A DNA stretch of 64,000 nt from Nymphaea colorata. Lineage: Eukaryota. The stretch is from assembly GCF_008831285.2 (NCBI RefSeq), contig NC_045138.2, forward strand, positions 2,356,001-2,420,000, written 5' to 3'. Every line of letters starts with the position of its first letter. Positions within the stretch are counted from its first letter, which is position 1. Made by a program: the position numbers and the translations under genes. The notes under the pieces are model-generated. The model worked only from the letters and a program-made list of their open reading frames with translations. It made no database searches and had not been told where the DNA came from. Positions 1 through 13,576 of this stretch are shown piece after piece.

Positions 1-38
1 CGCTCTTCTTCTATCAGATATAAGGGCTGAAATGGATG

Positions 39-69
39 AAACCCTAAGCTTCTCTGGGCTTTAGGGTTT
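39..69. promoter_or_regulatory. Two inverted telo-boxes flanking a site II (TGGGCT) motif; probably the promoter of a gene just outside the window
   Basis: AAACCCTAA at 39-47, TGGGCT at 55-60, TTAGGGTTT at 61-69. Confidence 0.4.
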
Positions 70-2063
70 TGCTCGCTTACGTAAATGCCCTTGACATAAC
101 TATTTTTCTCCGGGTTGCATCTGGACTAAGATACGGGCCACGCAAGATTTGGATCCATGACTGAGACGATCCGGAAAGATATTCTAGGGTTCTATCTGGA
201 TCTCGGATATATGTGGTGATGCTAGATCTGGTAAAAAAAAAAAAAAAAAGTTTGAGCGAGTCCTCTGTAAGGAGTGTGGCTGTTTTTTATTTGGATTCGA
301 TATGCCGATTATGCCTGATCCGAACTGATCTGACCGAAAATGAAGGTTTAATGAGTTAGAAGTTCGGATAAGAGCGTGCACACGGTTTGATTCGATGTGT
401 TCAAGTATCATAAGCTCGGGTCTTTTTAAAATCTGATCCAGATAATAAATTTTTATTTCCGTAATCTTGCCTGGAAAAATTATAAAAAGGTATCTAAAAA
501 AAACTTGTTAAAAAACAAACTCAGAGGACAACCTACTAAAATAAAACACTAGTTCTTTATATAGAATGATAAAAATACTTTTGTTAAAGATAAAAAAACA
601 ATATGGCATTGCATAATTTTGTGACTTTTAAAATCTGAGCAGTGATTTGTTGTTTATCCATTTATAGTTATTTTATCAAATATTTTGTGTGGTATTGAAA
701 ACTTTTGGAATAAGCATGAGGATGAGTATTCTATCATTGAGACGCGCATTGGAACCCCTACTCTTTCTTTCATCTTCTCAGGGTATCAAGCCTATCGTAG
801 GTGTCTCGAGATGACATCTATGTTATACTTCAACTTGCATATCACTATCACTGTACATGTTGAGCTATAATCAAGCTTTTGTGAGTTTGAGAGTCAAACT
901 GTGGCCTCAATGTAGCACATGAAAAGCTATGTTGACTTAGTGTAGACCATTTTCTAGTGATTTAAGTGATTTAAGATCACAATAGATCTCGGTGCACATT
1001 TCATGGTTTGGATTTTTTTTTTTTCCAAAATGACTCATGTACTTATAATCAACAACGGCCAAGGCAGGGGCGGCAAAGGCCATGGTCCTCCCTCTAATTT
1101 AAAAAAAAAATGAAACTTTTACTTATGAATTATGAAAAAATTAGTTTAAAGGTTTGAAACTATAGTTCAGCCCTTTGCGGAAAAAAAAAAAAGTTCTAAC
1201 TCCACCCACTTCCCACCTAATTAACTAATAATCTTTTTTCTAATTCCTACCTGTGTGATTGATTGCTGTAGACTAGATTTCCAACTACTGAAATTGGACA
1301 TAAATCAAGGTTTTTATGTCACATAATCCATTTTTCTCTAAGACCAAGGACTGTGTTTTTTTATGATAAAAATGAAAAGCAAATAGTGAACTTGTAGGTT
1401 AAATATGTTTAATTATTGGATCAAGTCAAAGAATTGGGATCCTGATATCCGTATTGTAAATGTGTATGAGCAACTGGTAGGCCTTAGACAATTTCGTTTC
1501 TAAGAAAATCCTAGAAGCCCAAAATAACATACTTTCTCATTATTTAACCTACAAACAAAAATGGATTCACAAAGTGTTGTACGGACCAACACATTACTTT
1601 AGCTTCATTTTTTTGCCATGGGATGAAGCGTTCTTTTTTGTTCAGCTTTAAGTTAATTTAAATATGAACTAGTCAGGTTCAGCATGACCTTTTTTTTTTA
1701 TTTAAATTAAATAAAAAGTCAAATATATGGGTTTAGGTTAATTAAAAACATATAAAGCTACAACCCCATAACAATAACAATAAAAAATAAATGAAGTCAA
1801 TCTCATAGAATTTATGCTGCGAATCTCGCTACCTGGTACCACCATTACTTTAAACTTTGAGCATAGGTCAAATAAGTGTGCTTGGAACAAGTTGAAGGTA
1901 TGTCTCTAGTTCGAATCTGTTGTAAACTATGGTCTTATATAGTAAGGAGAGCATGTCCTACATGCAACTTGAAGTACACAAAAATCTGGCTACTTGGTAC
2001 TAATATAACTTTGAATTTTGGGAGCAATGGAAAATAGAGGTGCTTTAGTTCTCTCCCAATTGG

Positions 2064-2396
2064 TAGGGTTGCACACGAGCCGAGTCGACCTCGAGCTCAA
2101 GCTAACTCCAGCCGAACTCCTTGTAACAAGCTCAAGTTGGACTGACTACACAAAATCGAGCTCGAAATAGACTCGGTTAACTCATTTAGGTGTTAACTCG
2201 TGCACGCATTAACTAGTTTAACTCGTGTAACTCGTTTAACTTGTGTAACTTGTGAACCGGTTTTGACAATATTATATAGAGTACCGGTGCAAGTCGAGTT
2301 CTTGAAACTCGACTCATTTGAGTATATTTATAAGCTCGAACTCAACTCATTTATAGGCAAGTCGAGCATGAGCATAATTTTTTTTGTGCAACCCTA
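2064..2396. mobile_element. hAT-like MITE (GAGCTCGAG-rich family)
   Basis: TIRs TAGGGTTGCACA / TGTGCAACCCTA. Perfect 8-bp TSD CCAATTGG at 2056-2063 and 2397-2404. Subterminal CTCGA/AGCTC repeats. Confidence 0.88.
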
Positions 2397-2900
2397 CCAA
2401 TTGGTGAGATAATCCTCTCACTCACTTAGAATCTCATAGAGTTTACATTTATTATATGCAAAAAATCTATTCAGTAGTGCTCGGACACACACAAATCGTT
2501 CAGCTTTTCAAAGAATGTTGATAGTTTCTTTTTTTTTTAGGATTTTTTCTCTTTTCACTCAGTTATATGAGAAATTAGGCTAAATTTCATATTTCAATTG
2601 AGTATTTTTCATTCTGAATATGATAAGGAAGAAGATTTTTTTCTACCAACAAATCTATGAAAAATTAACATCACAAACTTATCAAGATGATCTTATATAT
2701 ATAATGCTTCTAGTTTGTTCTGCAGCAATGCAGGCAACTTGCTGGTGCATACTCAAGTATCAAACCCGAGTAATCTTGGCTGATGCTAAACAATTGCTTT
2801 GTTTGATTGGGCACAAAAGCCAGGAGCATGCATAAGAAACGGAGAAAATCTCGGATTTTTTTTTTGTCTGGAAGTGTGAGAAAAAGGAAAAAAAAAAAGG

Positions 2901-5900
2901 CTAAGGGTGGATCCTCTTCGGGGGACGCTCAGAGATCATCTGCACGACCTCTCTCATTGTTGGTCTCTCCACACTGTGCTCTTGGAGGCAGAGCATGGCG
3001 ATGAAGAACACATGCTTGGCCTCTTCCTCGGGCACTTGACCAAGCCTCTGATCGACAATGTTCATAACCTGTTCCTTGCTGCAGTCTGTTGCCATCTTGG
3101 CCCACTGAACGATGTCCACGCCATCTCCAAACTCTCCCACCGGCCGACGCCCTGTGATGAGCTCCAGGAGGACGACGCCAAAGCTGTACACGTCGCTCTT
3201 TTCGTCGATCTTCAGTGTGTAAGCATACTCTGCATCAACAAACGAAACCAATCAAGGAAGTGAACCATACCAAGGTCTTGAAAGTCCATTTTTTCTGCAA
3301 ATTCCTGAACTCCGGGCCCTTTTATGCACTTGCAATTAGTGGAAATTATTGTCATGGCCAAATTCATAAAATCCAGCCAGCCCTCATCTTCTGATGCTAG
3401 ACGGATAGATTTCAGATTGGGAGTTCATGAAATTTGGTCTATTCTACACTAAGTAGGGCAGTCAATAAACGGAGTACTACTGCCGTCAAGTTCATGAAAT
3501 TGGTAATGAAGTTACCATACTCTGTCCTCTCGACAACTGACAGTTGAACAGTTGATGTCGAATGAGTTCATGAACTTGGTGGCACCCCATTTAATGCAGA
3601 TATAATTCTCATGTGGAAATCAACAAAGAAAAGTCATGGTTATATTGCAAAGTAATCGAAAAAATCTGCACATCTTATACGATTTCTGAAACAAAAGAGA
3701 TTAAGGAGTCTTTAAGAAAAGTAATCTCAATGACTAAAAGAAAGAATGGAGGTGCCTGGGAAACCGTGATGTCTAAAGAGGGAAGCGCATATCTGATGTT
3801 TGAGACATAAAGTGATCTTTCACCAAAACCCAGAAACAGGCTCTAATTTCCAAATCATTTGAAGGTGTGAGCGCGGTCTCTTATAGACCTGCTTTTGACA
3901 GGGTTCCGGTGTCAGCAGCACAGTATTCTGCTGACCTGAATCCTGTGTGGCACCTAGGTCTCCAATGAAGAGGAATAATCTCGTTAATCTTACTAATATT
4001 GTCAAAGACAAGGGCCTCGTTTTGATGAGTTTGCCTCGTTTTGATGAGTTTACTAGGTGGGGGGTGGGAAACTCCATTTGAATAAGGACAACCACGTTGA
4101 TCTTACTAACCATAGAAGGAGAATGCTGAAACCAGAAGAAAATTTCAGCAGTTCCTGTTCTCCCAACTATTTGATTATTAACTTCTCTTTTTACTTGATT
4201 AATTACTGAGATCCCTAATGGAATTAGATTTTCTTTGGTACACACAGAGAGCAGCTCCTTGCAATCACTGAAGTTGTGATCAACGTCACAAACTGTTTGC
4301 CTCTGTTGTTCTTTCTTTTAGCATGGGAGAAGTTTCTCATGACTGATAGAGCTAGAAGATTGTAGAGGAAACACCATGGCCACTACTAGAAAGTATAGTT
4401 ATGAATGTTAATGATACTCTGACGATAAAGGCAACGTCAAAAGCGACCAACTGAAATTATTCTATCCCTTCATCAGAGAGAAAGAGAGTACCTGGAGCAA
4501 TGTAGCCATATGAACCAACAACTGCAGACATGCTCTCCAGCGTTCCACCATCACGCAGGAACTTGGCTAGCCCAAAGTCCGCAACATGGGCTTCAAAGTT
4601 TGAGTCCAACAGTATATTGTTGGACTTCACATCTCTGTGGATTATGAGGGGCGAACAATCATGATGCAGATAGCTTAGGCCTTGAGCTGATTCCATAGCA
4701 ATTTTATATCTCAGTTGCCAACCCAGGAAGGCCCCCCCTTTCCCATGTAAGGCTTCACCCAGACTCCCTTTGGACATGTACTCATATATTAGAAGATTGG
4801 TCTCCTTGTTAGAGCAGAATGCTAGCAATCTGACTATGTTTCTGTGCCTGATGTTACCCAAGGTTTTAATCTCAGCAGTAAATCCATGATCATTTTGACT
4901 ACCAATATTCATTAGCCTTTTCACTGCTATCTCTTCACCGTTGGGCATTGTACCATAGTAAACAACTCCTGACCCTCCTCTCCCAATTATGTTGGAGTCG
5001 TTTAGGCATTCGAGTATGTTCTCCACAGTGAATTCAAGTTTCTGGAATGCCGTTAACTTCCATTTAAGAGTTTTTCTTCTTCGAAGAGCTCTGGCTCCAA
5101 TGATGGCACCAATGGCGAAGACAAATGAGATGATCAGCAGGCCAAGTGCAACCATCAACTTGAAATCCCTGACGACATGGCTAGGCCTTACTGAGACTGA
5201 TGTTAAATTACAAGGGTTGAGGACTGATCCACATAACAAGGGGTTCCCTGCGAAGGAAGTGACATTGAAGTATGCAAACTGGCCTGTCTCCGGTATGTTT
5301 CCGGAGAAATTGTTGAAGGAAAAATCAGCAACTGTGAGGCTTCTCATTGATCCAATTAATCTGGGTATGGATTGACTAAGATGGTTGTGTGACACATTTA
5401 GATAGTTAAGGACTGTGACTCTGCAAATATCTGGTGGAATTTGGCCTATGAGCTGATTCTGGCTGAGGTCTAGATAGTTAAGCATGGAGCAATTGCCGAT
5501 CTCAGGTGGGATCATTCCTGTAAAGAAGTTTTTGCTGAGATCAATCTTTAGCACGTGACTTAGTTCGCCAATTTCTGCTGGAATTTCCCCTGAAAATTTG
5601 TTGTTTCTTAGTATGAGCATCTGCAGAGACGAAAAATTTGCAATGGAGGATGGCAGGCCACCAGAAAGACAGTTGTTGGAGAGATTCAGTTGACTCAATT
5701 TGGTGGGCATGGTCCCTGTCAAGGTGTCGTGGTTCTCAGAAAGAGCTCCAGTGAGATAATTGTTCTGCAACTCCACCAAAGTTAGCTCAGGCAAGTAAAG
5801 AAAACCAGGAGGAATACTTCCATTCAAGTAATTCTCTTCCATCCTTACTCTGCTAAGGCTTAGACACCTCCCTAGACTTTCTGGTATTGGGCCAAATAGG

Positions 5901-7072
5901 AAGTTTTTCAGCAGAATCAATACTCTTAAATGGTTATCAGAACAGAGACCATCGGGTATCAACCCAGTAAGCTTGTTACTAGAGAGGTCAAGTCTTTGGA
6001 TCTTCCCTTTCTGCCCTAATTTCTGTGGAATCACTCCTGTGAAGTTGTTCTCCCACAGGGCCAAAGTTTCCAAGTTGGGCAATTCAGCAAGGAAACCGGG
6101 TATCGATCCGCCCAATCTATTGATGAATAGATTAAGAAGACTAAGTTCTGTGAGCTTATGAAACTCTTTCGGGATCTCACCACTAAGTGCATTGTTTGAG
6201 AGGTCCAGAGATACCAACCTGGTTAAGTTTCCTAGCTGACTCGGAATTGGACCAGACAGAAAATTGGTCTGAAGAAAAACTGTGTCAAGCAATTGCAAAT
6301 TTCCTAATTGAGCTGGGATCTCTCCTTCCAAGCCACAACTGGAAAGATCAAGGTGAAAAAGATTGACTAAATTACCAAGCTCCTCAGGTATGCCTCCCTC
6401 GAATTCATTGTAGTAACCTAAATACAGTTGCTTGAGACCTGTCAAGTTTCCTAGCTCACCTGGTATTCTTCCATGAAGATCATTGCCTGCTAGTGATAGG
6501 TACGCCAATTGGCTAAAGCCACCATAAATTGGAGGAATATTTCCATGAAAATAATTCCCACCAAGGTCGAGGTACCGCAAACTTGAAGCATTAGAAATAC
6601 CCGATGGAAGTAAACCAGTAAGGTTGTTGTCATAAGCATCTAAAACCTCCAAATTCTTCATTTGAGAGAAATCCCACTGAACAATCCCGCTGAATACATT
6701 GTTGGATAAGTTCAGCAACCGCAGCTCCATAAGCAAGCCGATTTCAGCAGGAAGCAAGCCGGAGAAACCATTTCCAGCAAGGGAGATGTTGATCACTCGA
6801 ACTAAGCCAGATATTGCTGGTGACACAGAACCTGAAAGGTTGAAATTTGATATGTCAAGACTGACCACCCGGCCGAATTCACACTGGATTCCCACCCATG
6901 AACAAACTGAACTACATGTGGATTCATCCCAGCTGCTCAATGCTGGGTCAGGTTTGACAAAGCCATGTTTCAGAGCCAAGAGAGCAGAAGCATCGCTTGA
7001 ACAGGATGAAGATGAAGCAACAGCATGGGTAACAAGAAAGGGAATGAATGCTAGAGCAAAAAGTGAAGACAT
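2901..7072 (-). CDS. BAM3: BAM-family (BAM3-like, CLV1/BAM clade) LRR-XI receptor-like Ser/Thr kinase, 969 aa; exons 7072-4492 and 3229-2901
   Basis: ATG at 7072 (MSSLFALAF..., signal peptide). N-cap CSWVGIQC, LRRs with the BAM signature [15 protein letters not shown], RxR motif (SRVRM), TM helix, then kinase [22 protein letters not shown]. Phase-1 intron 4491-3230 (G|gtact...tgcag|AG) at the conserved APE position. Exon 2 reads [18 protein letters not shown]...[13 protein letters not shown] at 2903-2901. The exact BAM paralog is less certain than the family. Confidence 0.9.
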
Positions 7073-8559
7073 TCTCTTCTTCCTCCTCTTTGAAGATGGG
7101 AACAGGTGAACTGGTGAGGAATTATCCAGAGCAATGAGGTCTAGATAGATAGGAATCAAGAAAAGACTTACAAAAACATAAGGAAGCAAAGAAAGTAAAC
7201 TTGCAGAGTTGCAGTAGAGTGTGGCCTTTATAACAGACCGGTGTATTTGGAGAATGGGAGGAAGACAACCATGAAGGGCTTTACTCTTTTTCTTTCTCCC
7301 TTTCACCTTTTCTTTCCCTTCCCTGCTTTTCTGAAATGATATACAAGAATGGTGTTTCTCAGCTGTGGGTGGGTTAATGACTGAAGAAAAATGAACCTTG
7401 AAGAAAGAAAAGCAGGAGGCTTTGAAGGGGGAAAAAGGAAAAAGAGGCCGTTGAGTAACAGAAATTTAAAGCGCAAGTAGGAAAGTTAAAGCAGCTCTTG
7501 GCTTTTTTCAGCGCCAAAATTGCTCCTTTACTTATTCAAAAGAACAAAGGGAATATTCAATTCCTTGAACATGAAAAGCATAAATTGATAGAAATTTTCG
7601 TTCAATCTCCAACCTTTTCACCATAATTTTGAGAACAGGTTTCCCAGTTTTGATGTTGCTGGTATGGGCCTTATCTTTTCTTGCAGAACTTACTGGTTCC
7701 TCAGGTTAGATCATGTTCATCTTTTCAATATTGTCACTTTAAATTGAGAAGATTCTTTTCATTTCCACAAATAGAAAAAAAGCACAGCTGCGTCTCCTTC
7801 ATCTTAAATGAATAATCTAATAAAGTTAGGGATTATGGGTATGGCTAGAAATACCCCTTTTTTGAAATATGGAACAATCAGAAATATGAGCCTTGTTTTT
7901 CAGAATGCAGCTAAAAGTAGGCTCCAATTGCAAAGATTAATTTTGATATATCAATGGTCTCTTGAATTTTAGTGGTTTCTAAGAGTAATCACAAAGTGGA
8001 TCAAGCAATGACAGGATTTGATTCAGTTGGCACTCTTCACTTATGAGAATGAAAGTGTTCTGGATCTGGACCGGCTCTACTAGATCCATGTGTTTTATTT
8101 AAGTCCATCGATTTATAAACATCAAAATTAACAAGGCAGAGTTCCATTCAAATGAGATGGATTAGGTTTTTTTCTTAGTTTTCATAAAAAACTGAAGTTG
8201 TTTTTGAATCAATTCAATTCACTGGTCCATAAAAGGGGACCTGCATTTTTCAGTTTTAGATATTTTAAAGTTTTAATTTTTTTAATTATTTCTTATAAAT
8301 TATCTCGTTTGTTCTTTCAAAGGTAAATATAATAATATGTTTGCCTATTCATAGTTGATTCAAATGAATTCATTTGTTGAATCGACCGATTCACAGAATC
8401 GACAGTCTTCTCGATTCGGTTCGGTTACTCATCTTTCTCGTGCCTGCTTAGAAAGGAAAAGCTACTTCAAAACAGCTCATGAAATTCTTTTCTCTGTATG
8501 GTTTGAATGATGATCGAGAGACACATAAACTCTATATACTTGACCATAAGAAAAACTTT

Positions 8560-8750
8560 AAAAAAAAAAAAAATCTAATAGGTAAGGTAGAGGTTGGCGG
8601 TTTGCAAAGCCACGGTTTCCCCTGTTCTTAAGTTCAAAGGTTGCTTTGAGACTATGTGGTTCTACCATATACCTTTCAACTCGAGTGTCTCACATAAGAA
8701 TTGAACTGATGGAACACAACACTAAGACCGACCAGCTATGCTATGCTCCA
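8560..8750 (-). mobile_element. tRNA-derived SINE-like element
   Basis: On the - strand: A-box TAGCATAGCTGG (8743-8732), B-box GTTCAATTC (8706-8698), unique body, and a T-run tail (A-run on + at about 8560-8573). No clear TSD. Confidence 0.45.
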
Positions 8751-8948
8751 TAAAACAGACAAGGAAGATGTTGCTAAGGGTTTTATTAACATAAGATTAT
8801 ACACAACTATTTCTTAGATAACAAGAGTGTCATAAAGCGAGCTCCATAAAGCTAGCTCTGGTAATTCTTAAGTACACCTGCATTGTTACTTTACCAGTAA
8901 TGCAATAGTTTGTTAATATTAGGCCCTGATAGTGTCAAACATCTTGAG

Positions 8949-8950
<2 letters not shown>

Positions 8951-9015
<65 letters not shown>
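8951..9015. repeat. (AT)n microsatellite
   Basis: Uninterrupted AT run. Confidence 0.95.
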
Positions 9016-9018
<3 letters not shown>

Positions 9019-9372
9019 GGTAAAAAACATACACTTAGCACTTAGGTTAGGAATAAGCCAGACCCTTTGATTTTGATTTTTAAATTTTTTTTTTTTTGGC
9101 AATCTAACCTTATTGCAAAACATATACTAAGTTGATCATTTGTTAGACTTCAATGGTGTTTTTATAATAAGAAAAAATGGATGGCTCCCATGAGAATGAT
9201 AATAAAAAAAAATCAACATTTTTCATTAAAACAACATGAATCAAAGAATGTTTAATATCAAAAAAGCCTTTGTAAACATATTAAAATGTTTATATTTTAT
9301 TTAAAATAGTTTTAACAAAAATCAATGGGTCTGGTTTTTATCGATGACGTGAGTGTTAGGTTTTTACCAATT

Positions 9373-9432
<60 letters not shown>

Positions 9433-12098
9433 ATTCCAAAAACTAAAAAGTTCAAAACAAGTGGTACTCTCTTGAAGAATGAATGCTGTTATTAATTCAT
9501 GATAGACAGCAAAAAGGAAGCGATTTCTGCATATTTACCGGCCTTAATTGCATTAGGCAGACGAAGTGTAATTAAAGACACCACACCGTCCGATCACATG
9601 TGAGAGACAGAAGGATTTCTGGATAGAGACCTCCATGGATCCTGCTGGTAACGTTTTCTGCACTTCTGCGGTGAATGAGACAGGACAGTGACAAAACTTC
9701 AACTCAGAATCTCATGGCGGAAATTGGCGATGACCATAAGAAAAAGGAACACAAGTAAAAGCAGCGGACAGGAGAAGACACACCCTCTGCTTCCTTTTTC
9801 CCTTTTCTTTTTTCTTTGGGTTCCTTTGGAGAGAGTGAAGGTTTATGCAAGGAATAGTCTGCTGAAAAAGCAAAAGGCAAAACTTTGAAAAGAACCCGGC
9901 GCTGTTTCCTCGCCGGAAAAAGGTGTGTGCTCCTGATTGCAACCCTCATCATAATCATTAGTGAATCTTCATCTGATGATCAACTCATCAAATTTAATGT
10001 CGTGTTTGATTTTAATTTTGAATAGTGCTGATGATCAACTTAGGAAACAGCATCTCTTGTTTGTTTTGGTTTTGCATGCTAAATGGAAGGAATCGCTTAG
10101 AGGAGCGCTTGGTTAATAGCTTAGATTTTAAATCTGAGATGATTATGAGATCTTAAGGTTTCATAACCTTGATTCCTAGCAAAGGTTTTTGAATCATTTG
10201 TTTGAAATGCAGGAGATTAGACTATTAATTTGTTAACCTTGCATCTTTTCATAATGGTAACAAGGACGAACCCCTCCCACAAACCAAAAAATTAAAAAAA
10301 ATAAAATAAAAAAAGAAAAAAACCTAAATAGTCTTCAGGTGTATTTTGGTAGCAAGATCATTATGTTAGTTTTTCATGAATCTATCTTTTGAGGCATTTG
10401 TTTTTCTATGAATATGGAACTTTTTGATCCTCAAGGTTCTATGATCCTCAAGGATCTCACAAATATATTGGGGCATATTCAGAAAAGTTTTCTGAAGGGG
10501 GCACCCATTCATAGATTTTCACATACGAAGGGGCACTCATATATAGGACAAAGCAAATATTTGCAGATACTAATGTAAAAATAAACAAACATTAAGGGAT
10601 GTTTGGCGAAGCTTTGATCTCCTCATTCGTCAAGCGCGATTCAGATCGCCAAACAAAAATCCTTCATAAATTGGACAAATTTGAAAACTGAGATTCACTA
10701 CTAGAAAAATCATATACGTTAAGTGCTATCAGATTCACCGCTTTCTCTTAAGTTACTACAAATAGTTAAGAAAAGAAACAAAGAAGCATAGCAGGAGCAG
10801 CAAAGGCAGAGGAAACGAAAGCGAAGAGCTGCGCCGAAACAGAGAGATTAATTTAGTGAAAGCGGGCTGGAGGCAGAGGAAAGTGGTGGGGCGCGACCCA
10901 AGTGGAAGGTATCGGGTTCTATCGAACTCGTCCTCATGAAAGAGTAGAAGCAAAGCATGTGCTGTCAGCATAGAGAACACATCAGAAGACAGAGATTAAC
11001 ATGACATGCCTTTTTAGATGCAGAGTCGAGATCTTTTTCTTTTTCTTTTATGAAAGTAATCGTAGATTCATAAATAAATAAGTGGCGAACTCAGAAAATT
11101 TTTTGTTGTAGGGCACTAATATATACTGATTCAAATTTTAGATCGTGGAAATTAAAGATCTTCTAATCGAGATTCGAGAGGCACCAATATGTAACAAACT
11201 AAATCAAGTGACTGTTCGAATATGTAAATGGACTAAATGTTTGGCTCCTTCACTGTCATAAATGGTGTTCACGTTTTCTTAGTTAACCTGTATTGTAAAT
11301 CTAAAATTTGAAATAGATCTTGAAAATTAAATTAGGCACGATTAAGGCATCTAAAGCTTGACATGAGAACAACAAAAGCATATTGAAAAAAAAAATAGAC
11401 TAAGTAATGCGTAAACGAATATAAAGAAAATCATATAAAGAGCAAAAAATAATTAGAACAATTGAACAAACATAAAATAAAACTAGTGAAATTCAAACAT
11501 ATATATGAATCTATATATATCTATCTTGGGCCGCCCACGTCAGCCCCACGCTGGCTCCACAACTGGGCATATTTATAGCATTATCACATATATCGTGTAC
11601 GGGTATTATATGGTGATGAATTTTTTGAGTATAATACAATAAAGTTGTATATCTCGATAACATCTAGGGAAAATCCCGACAAATTTTTTAAAAATTAAAA
11701 TATTTGATAGATCCTGAAAATTATACAAAATAAAATTAATAAAAATATGAAAAAACATGTGTAATACGTGTTTTTTCACATTTTTTATTTTATAACATTT
11801 TAAAAAAAAAGACGTTTCTAAATTGTCATTTTATATGACTGGTTTATTTCTCGATTATTATACGAGTTTTTTTTCGAATAATACGAGTTTTATGTGACAA
11901 TAATTTATAGTATATTAAAACACATTTGTTTATAAATATGACCCAATCTTTGGAACACAGTCATAGATGATTCAATGTCCAAGACATGAGACTCCATGTT
12001 ATAGCCCCATTATGCAAGTGCCCTCATGGCAAGACTGCTCAGCATCTCCTATCATCAACTTTCTTTGCCGTATTATAATATATTGCTTGTTAACCTTA

Positions 12099-12321
12099 GG
12101 TTGCGTTTGATAGCTTCGAATCTTAGATTCAAGGCTGCATGAAAAAAGTGTGTTTTAGGAGATTCCCAGTTTAAACAATATGGATTTTAAATCTATGATA
12201 CATGTTAAAAGCTGTGGATTTATGGTCGGATGGGAGGTGGTTTGATTTTAAATCCATGGATCTAAAATCCTAATATTTCAAATTCTCACAAATCTAGATC
12301 CTTAGTGAAACAAACACAACC
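12099..12321. mobile_element. PIF/Harbinger (Tourist)-like MITE, degenerate
   Basis: Termini GGTTGCGTTTG / CAAACACAACC, preceded by TTA. Internal GGATTTTAAATC repeats. Right TSD imperfect (CAA). Confidence 0.5.
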
Positions 12322-12624
12322 CAAAAGTGCAGAGTTTTGACAATCTTACTTAGTTTGATCAATTCGCATCCACTATAAGGGGATTGTTTATGTTCCATCA
12401 TTATAACTAAAGCAGTGGTGAAGCCACATATTGGCTGGTGTGGGAAACTCCCACATCAACCCCATAATTTTTCTTTATTTTCATTAAATATTTACTTATT
12501 TATCTATACTAGTGTCCTTTAAAAAATGAAAGTTTTTGAAGCTCCATGAAATTAATGATTTTAAAATTTGAATTGCTTGTTTATTTCTTTATTTATCACC
12601 CAAGAAAAAATAAACACCACAAGA

Positions 12625-12945
12625 GCCTACGGGCATCGGGCCAGCACAGCCTAGTATGAACCAGGTCTGGCCCGACACGATGTTCAAAACTTGGGCTCAG
12701 GCTCTGGTTGTAATAAAAAATATTTTTAAAATATAAAATATATTTAAAATATAATAATAATAATAATAATAGTAATAATAATAATAATAAATATTTTTAA
12801 AAAGTTATCGGGCTGGATCAAGCTCACGTCAGGCTTATCCATGTCGGCTCATCGCTCGGGCCCGTACTGAGCCAGGTATAAGGTATCCGCCGGCAGCCTG
12901 ACCCGGCCCAGCGCCACAAGACCCGGCCCAGCGCCACAAGAGCCC
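12625..12945. mobile_element. GGCCC/GGGCC-rich MITE-like element (related copy at about 21580-21797)
   Basis: GC-rich ends built of GGGCC/GGCCC units around an AT-rich core. 20-bp tandem duplication ACCCGGCCCAGCGCCACAAG at the right end. Termini not resolved. Confidence 0.5.
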
Positions 12946-13542
12946 TATAAGAAGGTTGGTTATAAAGGATGGCATTAACACAAACCCAACAATATTTTCC
13001 TCCCGCTCTAAGAAGGAGTGCTCGATGACCACTATTTAGGCAACAGTAAAAGACACACCCATAAATTTGAATTTAATAAAAGGCACGCTTGAATTTTCAA
13101 TATTGTTGAAGCACACCAAAATTTTGCACTTTTAATTAAAAAAAGTCTTTTATGCCTATTGAACATTAGGTTCTTATTAACTCAATCAGAGTTAATGAGA
13201 TGCAATTATTAAGTTACCTTAAATTATGCATGCCTTGACACCAAAATCGGACCGCCTAAAACCCATTAAAAAGAATTTTTTTTATGCAACTAACCGCGTA
13301 GATGCAATTTTAAGAGGATTTGGTAGAAAACCTACATTAACTTGGTTAGATTTTGTGTTAGTGATCTCAAACTTTATGAATCGACAAGCTAAGATCAGTA
13401 ATGTTACTACTTGTACAATATGTTCTCCAATATTCACTTTTTCACAAGTTTTTTTTCGAACATATGATCTTAGACATTTTGCACTCCATTTCGTGGTTAC
13501 ATTTGTGAAAATAGCCAATGAATGGGCAGAATATCCTCACAA

Positions 13543-13576
<34 letters not shown>

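Noticed and set aside
3421..3580. Repeat-spacer pattern as a CRISPR array
   Set aside because: Eukaryotic intron, only three imperfect ~17-bp repeats, and no cas genes.
4989..7109. Antisense ORFs over BAM, and similar ones over the CEPR2, YTH, prolamin and UPF3 exons
   Set aside because: Shadow ORFs of real coding sequence with no recognisable domains.
7073..7306. 78-codon in-frame extension upstream of the BAM ATG, and a 14-aa uORF at 7272-7228
   Set aside because: The extension starts at GTG and its hydrophobicity follows from a pyrimidine-rich leader. The ATG at 7072 gives a normal signal peptide. A TATAAA near 7230 may place the TSS downstream of the uATG.
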